From a bacterium (lineage in GTDB: Bacteria; Zixibacteria; MSB-5A5; WJJR01), in assembly GCA_035559435.1 (NCBI GenBank), contig DATMBC010000055.1, positions 45,859-109,858 of the forward strand: 64,000 nt of DNA, in the 5' to 3' direction. The notes under the pieces were generated by a model, which was given only the letters and a program-made list of their open reading frames with translations, did no database searches and was not told the origin of the DNA. This document shows positions 48,249 through 56,964 of this stretch, one piece after another; the stretch's first letter is position 1, and every line of letters begins with the position of its first letter. Both the position numbers and the translations under genes were made by a program.

Positions 48249-49193
48249 ATGTCGAAACCGAACGCCCGACCCCGGAACGGCCTGTGGCATCGTTCCACCG
48301 CGCTGGATCGCCTGACGATCGGTTACATCCTCGCGTTTGCCGTCGCGCTCTTCTTTCTTGGACGCGACAACGCCGCCTGGGGACGGCTCCTGCTGGTCCA
48401 TCTGGCATTGGCCGCGGCGATCGTCGTCATCATTCATCTCTGGCATGACCGCTCAACCGGCGTGGCGGGTTTCATCCGCCAGCTGTACCCGGCCATGCTC
48501 TACCCGTTCTTCTACGGTGAACTGGCGGTCGCCAATTTCTGGATCTTCCCCGAATTTCGCGATGCGCGTCTGGTGGCCTTCGAGCGCGCCATCTTCGGCA
48601 TCGATCCCAACGTCTGGATCACATCGTTGCAATCCCCCTGGCTCAACGAAGTGATGATGCTGGGGTACTTCAGTTACTATCTGCTACTTCCGATCGTGGC
48701 CCTGCCGCTGTTTTTCCGGGGCCGGATCGATGACCTGCGCGGATTGCTCCTCGGCGCCACCACGGCTTTCGTGATCTCCTACATCGGATTTGTCGTCTAT
48801 CCGGTCGAGGGGCCGCGCTACTTTCTGGCCGAGCGGTTTGACGCGCCGCTGGCGGGATGGCTGTTTGTGCCCCTGGTGCGGATGATCATTGATGGCGGCG
48901 CGATCCACGGCGGCTGCATGCCGTCGTCGCATGTGGCGGTCGCGCTGGTTGCGCTGGCCTGGGCCTTGCGCACCATGCCGCGCCTGGGACGCGTGCTCGT
49001 CCCGTTTGTCATCCTGCTTGCCATCGGCACCGCGTGGGGGCGATTCCATTACGTCACCGACGCGGTTGTCGGCGTCGCGGTGGGACTGGCCGCGTTGGCG
49101 CTCACCGGTTTCTGGCGGAGAACGTCCGCCGTCGAACACGAATTGCTCGTGTCATCGGCGCGCGCCATGGCGCCGTCGGGAACGCTGCGGTAG
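48249..49193 (+). CDS. PAP2-superfamily membrane phosphatase / phosphotransferase (IPC-synthase-like or PIP-phosphatase-like)
   Basis: PAP2 motifs C2 PSSH and C3 GRFHYVTD in a polytopic membrane protein. The start was taken at MSKPNARPR (48249). Confidence 0.7.
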   Translation: MSKPNARPRNGLWHRSTALDRLTIGYILAFAVALFFLGRDNAAWGRLLLVHLALAAAIVVIIHLWHDRSTGVAGFIRQLYPAMLYPFFYGELAVANFWIFPEFRDARLVAFERAIFGIDPNVWITSLQSPWLNEVMMLGYFSYYLLLPIVALPLFFRGRIDDLRGLLLGATTAFVISYIGFVVYPVEGPRYFLAERFDAPLAGWLFVPLVRMIIDGGAIHGGCMPSSHVAVALVALAWALRTMPRLGRVLVPFVILLAIGTAWGRFHYVTDAVVGVAVGLAALALTGFWRRTSAVEHELLVSSARAMAPSGTLR

Positions 49194-49208
49194 CCGCCGT
49201 GAGACACC

Positions 49209-50015
49209 ATGTGTCCTGAACTCTTCCACATCGGCGACTTCGCCGTGCGCGCCTATGGCTTGGCGCTGGCGCTCTCGTTTCTCATCGGCCTCTGGCTGAT
49301 CGACCGCGAGGCGCGTCTGCTTGGCCTCAACCCCGACGCCATCGTCAACCTCGGCTTCGTGCTGATCATCTTCGGCGTGATCGGAGGACGGCTGGGCTTT
49401 GTGCTCTATCACTGGTCCGACTTTGCCGACAATCCGCTGGACATCATCAATCCGTTCCAGGCCGGCCAGTTCGGCATCTCCGGGTTGAATCTGCAAGGGG
49501 GGCTGATCGGCGGCTTTGTCGCCGGATTGTTCTATCTGCGCTGGAAGAAACTCCCTTGGGTGGCGGCGCTCGACGCGGTGGCGCCCGCGGTCGGGTTCGG
49601 GATTTTCGTGTCACGGATCGGTTGCTTCCTCAACGGCTGCTGTTTCGGCACTCCCACCGATGGTCCCTTCGGTGTGCATTTCCCGGATCATTCCGCGCCG
49701 CATGCGGTCTTCGGCGACCGCGCCGTGCATCCGACCCAACTGTACTCCTCCGCCTATGGCCTGCTGCTGTTCTTGTTTCTGCTGTGGATCAATCGACGGC
49801 GCTATCGGGTGGGACGCGCCACCGGATTGTTCTTCGTCGCCGAATCGGCGGCGCGCCTGGCGATCGAACCGCTGCGCTACTACGAGGACGCCATGTGGAT
49901 CACGCTGGCCGGCTTGGACATCACCTACAACGTCATCGCCGCCGTGATCATGTTCGTGATCGGTCTGTTCTTTCTGGTTCGCCGGTGGCCGGAGTCGGCG
50001 GGTAAAACGGCTTGA
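49209..50015 (+). CDS. lgt: prolipoprotein diacylglyceryl transferase
   Basis: MCPELFHIGDFAVRAYGLALALSFLIGLWL... and the Lgt signature region GGRLGFVLYHW. Confidence 0.9.
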   Translation: MCPELFHIGDFAVRAYGLALALSFLIGLWLIDREARLLGLNPDAIVNLGFVLIIFGVIGGRLGFVLYHWSDFADNPLDIINPFQAGQFGISGLNLQGGLIGGFVAGLFYLRWKKLPWVAALDAVAPAVGFGIFVSRIGCFLNGCCFGTPTDGPFGVHFPDHSAPHAVFGDRAVHPTQLYSSAYGLLLFLFLLWINRRRYRVGRATGLFFVAESAARLAIEPLRYYEDAMWITLAGLDITYNVIAAVIMFVIGLFFLVRRWPESAGKTA

Positions 50016-50127
50016 CCCTCCTTTGGGGTAACGGGTATATTCGCCCATTCCCGCGGGTACGGGTCCGAACGCGAACGCCTTGTGGCACAACAACAAGCGT
50101 CGGCCTGGGTGCTTCCGGGATCAAGTC

Positions 50128-50730
50128 ATGCACCATACACGGCGCGCATCATATGAAGCGTTCTCGATCCCGTACGGCCGGGTGTGTGTCAGACTGGGCC
50201 TGACGCCCAACATCCTGACAGCGCTGGGGCTCGTCTGCGCCGCCGGCGCGGCGGTGGCCTTTTGGCAGGAGCGCTTCTGGCTTGGCGTCTTCCTGATGCT
50301 TCTGACTTCGCTCCTGGACATGCTCGATGGCGCCACCGCCCGGGCCGGCAATCTCGGCACCGTCTTCGGCGCGGTGCTCGATCACAATGTGGATCGCGTC
50401 GGCGAGTTTCTGATCATCCTTGGCATCGTGCTCTCCGGCCATGTGCATCCCGGCTGGGGGCTGTTCGCTCTCTTCGGCATGTGGTCGGCCTCCTATGCGC
50501 GCGCGGCCGCCGAATCGATTGGCAAGATGAAGACCTGCGCGGTCGGGTTCGTGGGACGGCTGGAGAAATTCATCATCATTCTCGCCGGCGCGGTGTTCGA
50601 AGTCTACTTCCCGATGAAATCCCTGCAGATCGCGATGATCGCCGTCGGCGCGATTTCGTTTATCACCACCATCCAGCGCCTGATCTTCGCGCATCGGGAA
50701 CTGACCGGAAGGACGGGAGGCGCCGCATGA
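50128..50730 (+). CDS. CDP-alcohol phosphatidyltransferase family protein (PgsA1 / PIP-synthase-like size)
   Basis: D-x2-D-G-x2-A-R...G-x3-D-x3-D motif: LDMLDGATARAGNLGTVFGAVLDHNVDRVGE. About 200 aa with multiple TM segments. Confidence 0.8.
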   Translation: MHHTRRASYEAFSIPYGRVCVRLGLTPNILTALGLVCAAGAAVAFWQERFWLGVFLMLLTSLLDMLDGATARAGNLGTVFGAVLDHNVDRVGEFLIILGIVLSGHVHPGWGLFALFGMWSASYARAAAESIGKMKTCAVGFVGRLEKFIIILAGAVFEVYFPMKSLQIAMIAVGAISFITTIQRLIFAHRELTGRTGGAA

Positions 50731-51665
50731 CGTTGCTGGCCTTCGGCAATCCGGTTTACGATGACATCCGCACGCCGTGGGTGGCGACCATCGGGCGCGT
50801 GCTCTCCGGCTGCGCCACCAATGCCGCCTTCGTCTACCGCCGTCTCGGCGGCGACGTGACCGTGGTGGGGCGTGTCGGCCACGACCGTCTCGATCACTAC
50901 CGCGGCTACCTGAGGCTCAACGGCATCGGCGAGATCACCGATCCCTGCCCGGAGACCGGCGGATTCGGCCTCGACTACGATGACCGCGGCCGCCGCGAAC
51001 TGACCATCCTTGGACGCGCCGAACCGATCGCGCGCATCCCCGCCGCCATCGAAACCGCCGACATGGTCTTCATCGGACCGGTGATGCAGGAGACGCCGCT
51101 GCCGTTGGTGCGCGAGATTCGCGAACGCACCGAAGCGCCGATCTTCCTCGATCCGCAGGGCCTCTTGCGTCGCATCGGCTCGCATGGACGCATCGAGCAT
51201 TTCAAGCCGGAAGGTATTGAGGAGATCTGCGCCCTCTGCGATGTGGTCAAGCCGAACGAACTGGAAACCGAAATCCTGACCGGCATTGACCCGCGCGTGG
51301 ATCTGGAAGGCGCCGCGCGAATTCTCAAAGGATGGGGCATTCGCACCGTGGCGATCACGCTGGCCGAACTGGGCGCGTTGATTGTCAGCGACGAGGGCTG
51401 GCACCGCGTCGATGCGATCCCGACCCATGCCATCGACTCGACGGGCGCCGGGGACACCTTTGCCGGCGGCCTGATGTACGCCCGCTCGCAGGGGCGCAAC
51501 TGGGCCGAGGCGGCGCAGCTGGCCACCGCTTGCTCCTCGACCATGATTTCCAACTGCGGGCCGGATTTTGTGCTCACTTACGAGGACGCCCTTCGACGCG
51601 CCGCCGGCGTCGGGGTCCGTCCCTTTCAGACCGTCCGATCAGCCGCGAACGTAAGCGCATGCTGA
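50727..51665 (+). CDS. PfkB-family (ribokinase-like) carbohydrate kinase
   Basis: DSTGAGDTFAGG C-terminal PfkB signature and N-terminal GG-like motif. ATGA overlaps the upstream gene. The listed 493-aa track ORF is an out-of-frame artefact. Confidence 0.8.
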   Translation: MTLLAFGNPVYDDIRTPWVATIGRVLSGCATNAAFVYRRLGGDVTVVGRVGHDRLDHYRGYLRLNGIGEITDPCPETGGFGLDYDDRGRRELTILGRAEPIARIPAAIETADMVFIGPVMQETPLPLVREIRERTEAPIFLDPQGLLRRIGSHGRIEHFKPEGIEEICALCDVVKPNELETEILTGIDPRVDLEGAARILKGWGIRTVAITLAELGALIVSDEGWHRVDAIPTHAIDSTGAGDTFAGGLMYARSQGRNWAEAAQLATACSSTMISNCGPDFVLTYEDALRRAAGVGVRPFQTVRSAANVSAC

Positions 51666-51780
51666 AAAGCCCGGGAGGGCGAGGCTCCTGCCGAGCCGCC
51701 CCATTGCAATGAATCGTGTGATGTCCGAAACGCCGTCAACAATGATTCACTCATCAATAACGAATAGGTAAGGAGCATCC

Positions 51781-52935
51781 ATGGCGTCCAAACTGCGTGT
51801 GGCCATCATCGGCGTCGGCAATTGCGCCTCGTCGTTCGTGCAGGGCGTGCACTACTACAAAAACGCCCGCGACGACGAATTCGTGCCCGGGCTGATGCAT
51901 GTCAATCTCGGCGGCTATCACATCTCCGACATCGAGTTCTCCGCCGCCATCGACATTGACAAGAACAAAGTCGGCAAGGACCTCGGCGAGGCGATCTACA
52001 CCAAGCCGAACAACACCTTCAAATTCTGCGATGTCCCCAAACTCGGCATCACCGTCCAGCGCGGTATGACCCACGATGGCCTGGGCGAGTACCTCTCCAA
52101 GATCATCGAGAAGGCCCCCGGCGACACCGTCGACATCGTCAAGCTGCTCAAGGACACCGGCACCGACATCGTCGTCAATTACCTCCCGGTCGGCTCCGAA
52201 GAGGCGACCAAGTGGTATGTCGAGCAGATCCTGATGGCCGGTTGCGGCTTCGTCAACTGCATCCCGGTCTTCATCGCCCGCGAGAAGTACTGGCAGAAGC
52301 GCTTCGAGGAGAAAGGCCTGCCGGTGGTCGGCGATGACATCAAATCGCAGGTCGGCGCCACCATCGCCCACCGCGTGATGACCCGTCTGTTCCGCGAACG
52401 CGGCGTCAAGCTCTTGCGCACCTCGCAACTCAACGTCGGCGGCAACACCGACTTCTACAACATGCTCGAACGCCGCCGTCTCGAATCCAAGAAGATCTCC
52501 AAGACCAACGCGGTCACCTCGCAGCTGGACTATGACCTCGGCGAGGAGAACATCCACATTGGGCCCTCCGACTACGTCGCCTGGCTGACCGACCGCAAGT
52601 GGGCCTACATCCGCATGGAAGGGGAGACTTTCGGCGGCGTGCCGCTCAACATCGAAATGAAGATGGAAGTCTGGGACTCGCCCAACTCGGCGGGGGTGGT
52701 AATCGACGCCGTCCGTTGCTGCAAGCTGGCGATGGACCACAAGCTCTCCGGCGCCCTGATCGGCCCTTCAGCCTATTTCAAGAAATCCCCGCCGGTGCAA
52801 TACTCCGACGAGGAAGCGCGCCGTCTGACCGAGGAGTTCATCGAGAAGTACCGCCGTCCCGATGCTCCCCGTGTCACCCCGCGCACCGCGCCCGTCACCA
52901 CCGCCACACCGGTGACGGTCGGCGCGCAGTCATAA
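51781..52935 (+). CDS. ino1: myo-inositol-1-phosphate synthase
   Basis: Highly similar by eye to actinobacterial Ino1: [94 protein letters not shown]. Confidence 0.9.
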   Translation: MASKLRVAIIGVGNCASSFVQGVHYYKNARDDEFVPGLMHVNLGGYHISDIEFSAAIDIDKNKVGKDLGEAIYTKPNNTFKFCDVPKLGITVQRGMTHDGLGEYLSKIIEKAPGDTVDIVKLLKDTGTDIVVNYLPVGSEEATKWYVEQILMAGCGFVNCIPVFIAREKYWQKRFEEKGLPVVGDDIKSQVGATIAHRVMTRLFRERGVKLLRTSQLNVGGNTDFYNMLERRRLESKKISKTNAVTSQLDYDLGEENIHIGPSDYVAWLTDRKWAYIRMEGETFGGVPLNIEMKMEVWDSPNSAGVVIDAVRCCKLAMDHKLSGALIGPSAYFKKSPPVQYSDEEARRLTEEFIEKYRRPDAPRVTPRTAPVTTATPVTVGAQS

Positions 52936-52960
52936 CGGCTTATCCTCCAGATGGACCCAC

Positions 52961-52990
52961 GGGGCGGAGAGACATCTCCGCCCCGTTTTT
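52961..52990 (+). terminator. rho-independent terminator after ino1
   Basis: ggggcggaga-gaca-tctccgcccc followed by gttttt. Confidence 0.85.
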
Positions 52991-53191
52991 CATTGTGACA
53001 GAACCGGGACGCGGCTCAAGAGCCGCTTCTGCGGCGTCGGTATCGTGACGGACCCTCATGACGGCGCAGCTTGCGTTCGTCCTCGCCGCTGGCCTGCGCG
53101 CCAAACTAATAATGTGATGCCATCGCTGCGGATCGTCCTTGATCATCCCGGCTCTCCTGCCATACTTACCGCCCGGATTCGTCGAGTCACC

Positions 53192-53857
53192 ATGCCTCAC
53201 GCCGCCCAACCACGATCCAACCGTCCGGGGTTTTTCCTCGTGGTGGAGGGCTCCGATGGGTCTGGGAAGAGCACACTGGCCCGGCGTCTGCGCGCGGCGC
53301 TGGAGCGCGAAGGATTCACCGTGTGCGCGGTGCGCGAGCCGGGGGGAACCCGACTCTCCGAGCGGGTGCGTCAGGTCTTGCTCCATTCGCGGGAGAACAT
53401 CTCCCCGCGCGCCGAACTTTATCTCTATCTGGCCTCACGGGCGCAGCTGATTGATGAGGTCATCCGTCCGGCGCTGCAGCGCGGCGAGGTGGTCGTCGCC
53501 GACCGGTTCAGTCTTTCAACCTACGCCTACCAGTCCGGCGGACGCGGTCTGCCGTTGGGGCCGGTGATCGCCGCCGATCAGTTCGCCCGCGATGGCATCC
53601 AGCCCGATCTGACCCTGGTCCTGGCGGTGAGCGAAGCCGACGCCGAAGCGCGGCTGGAGAGCATGGGCAATGTCCCCGACCGGATCGAACGGGAGTCGCG
53701 TCCCTTCCACCGTCGGGTCCGCCGTTTCTACCAATCTTGGGCCAAAAAGCGCCCTCGCCACCACATTATAGACTCCGCCCGCGGCGCCGATGCGGTGCTC
53801 GAAGAGGCGATGCAGTTGGTCCGGCGCAAACTTCGCCGAAGCAAACACAACACCTGA
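53192..53857 (+). CDS. tmk: thymidylate kinase
   Basis: FFLVVEGSDGSGKSTLARRL (P-loop), DRF motif (VVVADRFSLSTYAYQ). The start was trimmed to MPHAAQ. Confidence 0.9.
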   Translation: MPHAAQPRSNRPGFFLVVEGSDGSGKSTLARRLRAALEREGFTVCAVREPGGTRLSERVRQVLLHSRENISPRAELYLYLASRAQLIDEVIRPALQRGEVVVADRFSLSTYAYQSGGRGLPLGPVIAADQFARDGIQPDLTLVLAVSEADAEARLESMGNVPDRIERESRPFHRRVRRFYQSWAKKRPRHHIIDSARGADAVLEEAMQLVRRKLRRSKHNT

Positions 53858-54113
53858 TGGTAAAAGTGCCGAGGGAACGGAAACGCGGACACGGATGCCT
53901 GCTCGAATGGATTGGTTGGACCAACGAATCTCGTTCCCGGAAGTGGCAGGCCGCAAAAAGCATATCCCTTCTCCCCCTGCGCGGGAGAGGCGGAATGTCG
54001 GGCATGCCGTCGGATCTTGCGCGACGCGCGCCTGTCAGTGTTCACACCGGCTCCTGTGATGTGACGCGCCGTGACGCGATGCGATTCGAATAACGAACCG
54101 CAGACATACTCTT

Positions 54114-55772
54114 ATGTGGCGCTTCTGGCAACAGTTGGCGACCGGCCCGCGCGATCCGCGTGGCCCGTCGCCGCGCGGTTTTGTCTTCTTTCTGGCCATC
54201 CTGTTTTTGCTGTACGCGGCGGCCAATTGGTTGCGCGACGACCCGCGTTTCTCCGGCGCCCTGCAATTGACCACGGCGTTCCGCTATGTCCTGACCCATG
54301 GCGCAATCGATGCCACCCCCGAAATGGTCTTCGAAGCCGCGGTCAACGGTCTGACGGCCCCGCTCGATCCGTTCTCCGGCTACATGCCCGCCGAGGAACT
54401 CGGTTACTTCGAGGAAGAGACGGAAGGCGAGTATGTCGGCATTGGTGTCGAGATCAAGGTGACCGCCGGACGGATCATCATCGTCCGGGTCTTCCCCCAA
54501 ACACCCGCCGCCGAGGCGCTCATTCAGCCGGGCGATGCCATCCTCGCCATCGATGGCACACCGACTCTGGGACTGACGCTGAGCCGCGCCATCGAACTGA
54601 TGCGCGGAGAAGAGGGGACGTCGGTCGCCGTGCGCCTGTCTTCGCCGGATGGCGAGGAACGCGAGCTCACACTCGAACGGCGCGCGGTCTCGGTATCGCC
54701 GTTCCCGATTCATGGAGTTTCCTTCTCCGGTTGCGCCTACATTCGTTGGACCGATTTCACCGTCGGCTCAGCCGACCGTCTGGCGGCGTTGGTCGAAGGC
54801 ATCCGCGTCGAAGAACCGATCGGGATCATCCTCGACCTGCGTGGCAACCCCGGCGGCCTGCTCGATGAAGCGGTCAATGCCGCCGGTATCTTTCTGCCTC
54901 CCGATCAATTGATCTGCAAAGTGGCGGATCGTGGCGGACGCAACGTTATGGAGTACCGAACCGCCGAGTCCCCCGCCACCTTCACCGGTCCTCTGGCCAT
55001 CGTCCTCGATGAAAACTCGGCTTCGGCCTCCGAGGTGATCGCCGCCGCGCTGCAGGAACTGGGGCGGGCCGTGGTGGTCGGACGGCGCAGTTACGGCAAG
55101 GGCTGGGTGCAGAATGTCTTCGAATTCGAGGACGGCAGCGCCCTGCGTTTGTCCACCGCCCGGTACTACACGCCCGCCGGACGCACCTTCGGCGATCCCC
55201 ACATTCGTATCCCCGCCGATTCCGCGGCCGGCGACTCTGCCTGGTTTGGCCCTTCCGGTCTGGAGCCGGACACGATGGTGGAAGAGCTGGACGTCGGCCC
55301 CTGGGAGGATGCGCTGGCCCGGCGCGGCCTGTTTGCCGATTTCGCCATCGCCTATGCCGATGACTGGCCCGGCGACGATCTGGCGGTCGAACTGCGGTAC
55401 TGGTGCGACTCGCTCGGCATTATCCCGGAAGGATTGGCCGCCCATCTCGTCGCAGCCGGGAAATCCCCGTCGGCGCACGGGCTCACTGCGGCCACCCGCG
55501 TTGAGCGGGAACATCTCCTCCTTTCGCTCGATTCAGCCTGGGTGCGTGATCGCACCATTCTGTTTGAACGCGAAATTGAGGCGTTGACCATGCGGCTGTG
55601 GGAGCAACGGATGATCGCGGTCGAGCGACCTGACGAGGCCGAACTGGATGAGTATCTGTCGGCCGATCCGGACTTGGCCGCCGCCCGCGACCTGCTGGAG
55701 CAACCGGAGCGCTACAACGCCTACGTCGGCCGCTGGCGACGCCAGATGGCCGCCCTCTCCGCCGCGCGCTAA
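54114..55772 (+). CDS. ctp: S41-family C-terminal processing peptidase with PDZ domain
   Basis: PDZ domain (GIGVEIKVTAGRIIIVRVFPQTPAAEALIQPGDAILAIDG) and S41 catalytic region (LAIVLDENSASASEVIAAAL...GKGWVQ). N-terminal TM segment. Confidence 0.85.
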   Translation: MWRFWQQLATGPRDPRGPSPRGFVFFLAILFLLYAAANWLRDDPRFSGALQLTTAFRYVLTHGAIDATPEMVFEAAVNGLTAPLDPFSGYMPAEELGYFEEETEGEYVGIGVEIKVTAGRIIIVRVFPQTPAAEALIQPGDAILAIDGTPTLGLTLSRAIELMRGEEGTSVAVRLSSPDGEERELTLERRAVSVSPFPIHGVSFSGCAYIRWTDFTVGSADRLAALVEGIRVEEPIGIILDLRGNPGGLLDEAVNAAGIFLPPDQLICKVADRGGRNVMEYRTAESPATFTGPLAIVLDENSASASEVIAAALQELGRAVVVGRRSYGKGWVQNVFEFEDGSALRLSTARYYTPAGRTFGDPHIRIPADSAAGDSAWFGPSGLEPDTMVEELDVGPWEDALARRGLFADFAIAYADDWPGDDLAVELRYWCDSLGIIPEGLAAHLVAAGKSPSAHGLTAATRVEREHLLLSLDSAWVRDRTILFEREIEALTMRLWEQRMIAVERPDEAELDEYLSADPDLAAARDLLEQPERYNAYVGRWRRQMAALSAAR

Positions 55773-55862
55773 TTCTTGCCACCGTCCCAGCGTCTGGCTG
55801 TTGTCAGAGCCACCGCGGTTCAGTTCCTTCTCCGTGTCGGAACGCAGGGACGGAAACGCCGC

Positions 55863-56630
55863 ATGGTGGAATTATTGACATTGCTGTGTGTCGGGCTGGT
55901 GGTCGGACTGGCCGGGGGGATTCTGGGCGTTGGCGGCGGCTTCCTGTTGGTTCCGATCCTGTTTTCCTGGCTGGGCTGGCCGATGTTGGCGGCAGTGGCC
56001 ACCAGCCACTTCTGCGGACTGGCGGTCTCGGCCTCCGCCACCGGCAATTACTCGGCGGCCGGGCTGATCGACTGGCGGCTGGGGATCATCTTGGAGGTGG
56101 TAGCGGTGGCCGGGGCGGCCTTCGGCGCCCTGTCGGCGCGCTGGGCCCCGGTCGATGCCATCGCGATCGGGTTTGCCGCGGTGGCGGTGTTCTCCGCCTA
56201 TAAGATGTGGAACCCACGCGCGGCTGCCGAAGATGGCGCCCATACGGCCGGCGCGCAACCGACGACAAAACAGTATGCATTCGCTCTGCCTTCGATGTTT
56301 CTGGTCGGCGCGGTCTCCGGCATTCTCGGGCTGGGCGGCGGCGTGTTCATTGTTCCGATCCTCACCGAATTGATGCATCTTCCCGTGCGTCGCGCGGTCG
56401 GCACCTCGGTGTTCATGGTCGGGATGAACGCCGCGTCCGCCGGCATTGTATACTATCTGCACGGTGATGTGCCGTCCGAACCGGCTGCGCTGCTGGCGGG
56501 GGGAGTGTTCGCCGGGGCGATGCTGGGTTCGGCGATCCAGCACCGGCTGCCGGCGCTGCTGTTGCGCCGTGTGTTTGCAATTATCCTGATCGTGTTGTCC
56601 GCGCGTCTGCTGATGCGCGCCTTCGGATAG
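55863..56630 (+). CDS. TauE/SafE-family (DUF81) membrane exporter
   Basis: Internal duplication of ...GILGVGGGFLLVPIL... and ...GILGLGGGVFIVPIL..., typical of TauE/SafE. Confidence 0.8.
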   Translation: MVELLTLLCVGLVVGLAGGILGVGGGFLLVPILFSWLGWPMLAAVATSHFCGLAVSASATGNYSAAGLIDWRLGIILEVVAVAGAAFGALSARWAPVDAIAIGFAAVAVFSAYKMWNPRAAAEDGAHTAGAQPTTKQYAFALPSMFLVGAVSGILGLGGGVFIVPILTELMHLPVRRAVGTSVFMVGMNAASAGIVYYLHGDVPSEPAALLAGGVFAGAMLGSAIQHRLPALLLRRVFAIILIVLSARLLMRAFG

Positions 56631-56640
56631 AAAGCCGCCC

Positions 56641-56964
56641 ATGCCCTCGCCCCGTCCGTCCGCGCCCGCCTCCGATGGCATCGTGGCCATGTTGTATCAC
56701 TGGGGCGCGCGCCTGATCGGCTCGCTGCTGCTTGTCTACCTGCTGATGCGACTGGTCAGACAGTCTGCCGGCGGCGCGGACCCATTTTGGAATCGCGTGA
56801 TCGAACTTGGTTCTCATGTTTCGCTGGTCGGACTGTGGGCGGTGCCGGTACTGGCGCTGCTCATCGGCGGCTCGGTCTGGATTCGGCGTAATCGCCGGGA
56901 TTGGACCGGTTGGTTCGCCGTGGCCATCTCACTGTTCCTCTCATCCTTCTGGGTTGTAAAGTGA
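56641..56964 (+). CDS. small hypothetical membrane protein
   Basis: 107 aa with three hydrophobic segments. Its stop overlaps the GTG start of the downstream gene. Confidence 0.35.
   Translation: MPSPRPSAPASDGIVAMLYHWGARLIGSLLLVYLLMRLVRQSAGGADPFWNRVIELGSHVSLVGLWAVPVLALLIGGSVWIRRNRRDWTGWFAVAISLFLSSFWVVK

Noticed and set aside
53737-54093. 118-aa and 89-aa plus-strand ORFs in the tmk-ctp intergenic region.
   Set aside because: Arg-rich low-complexity sequence with no RBS or recognisable motifs. More likely a non-coding leader region.
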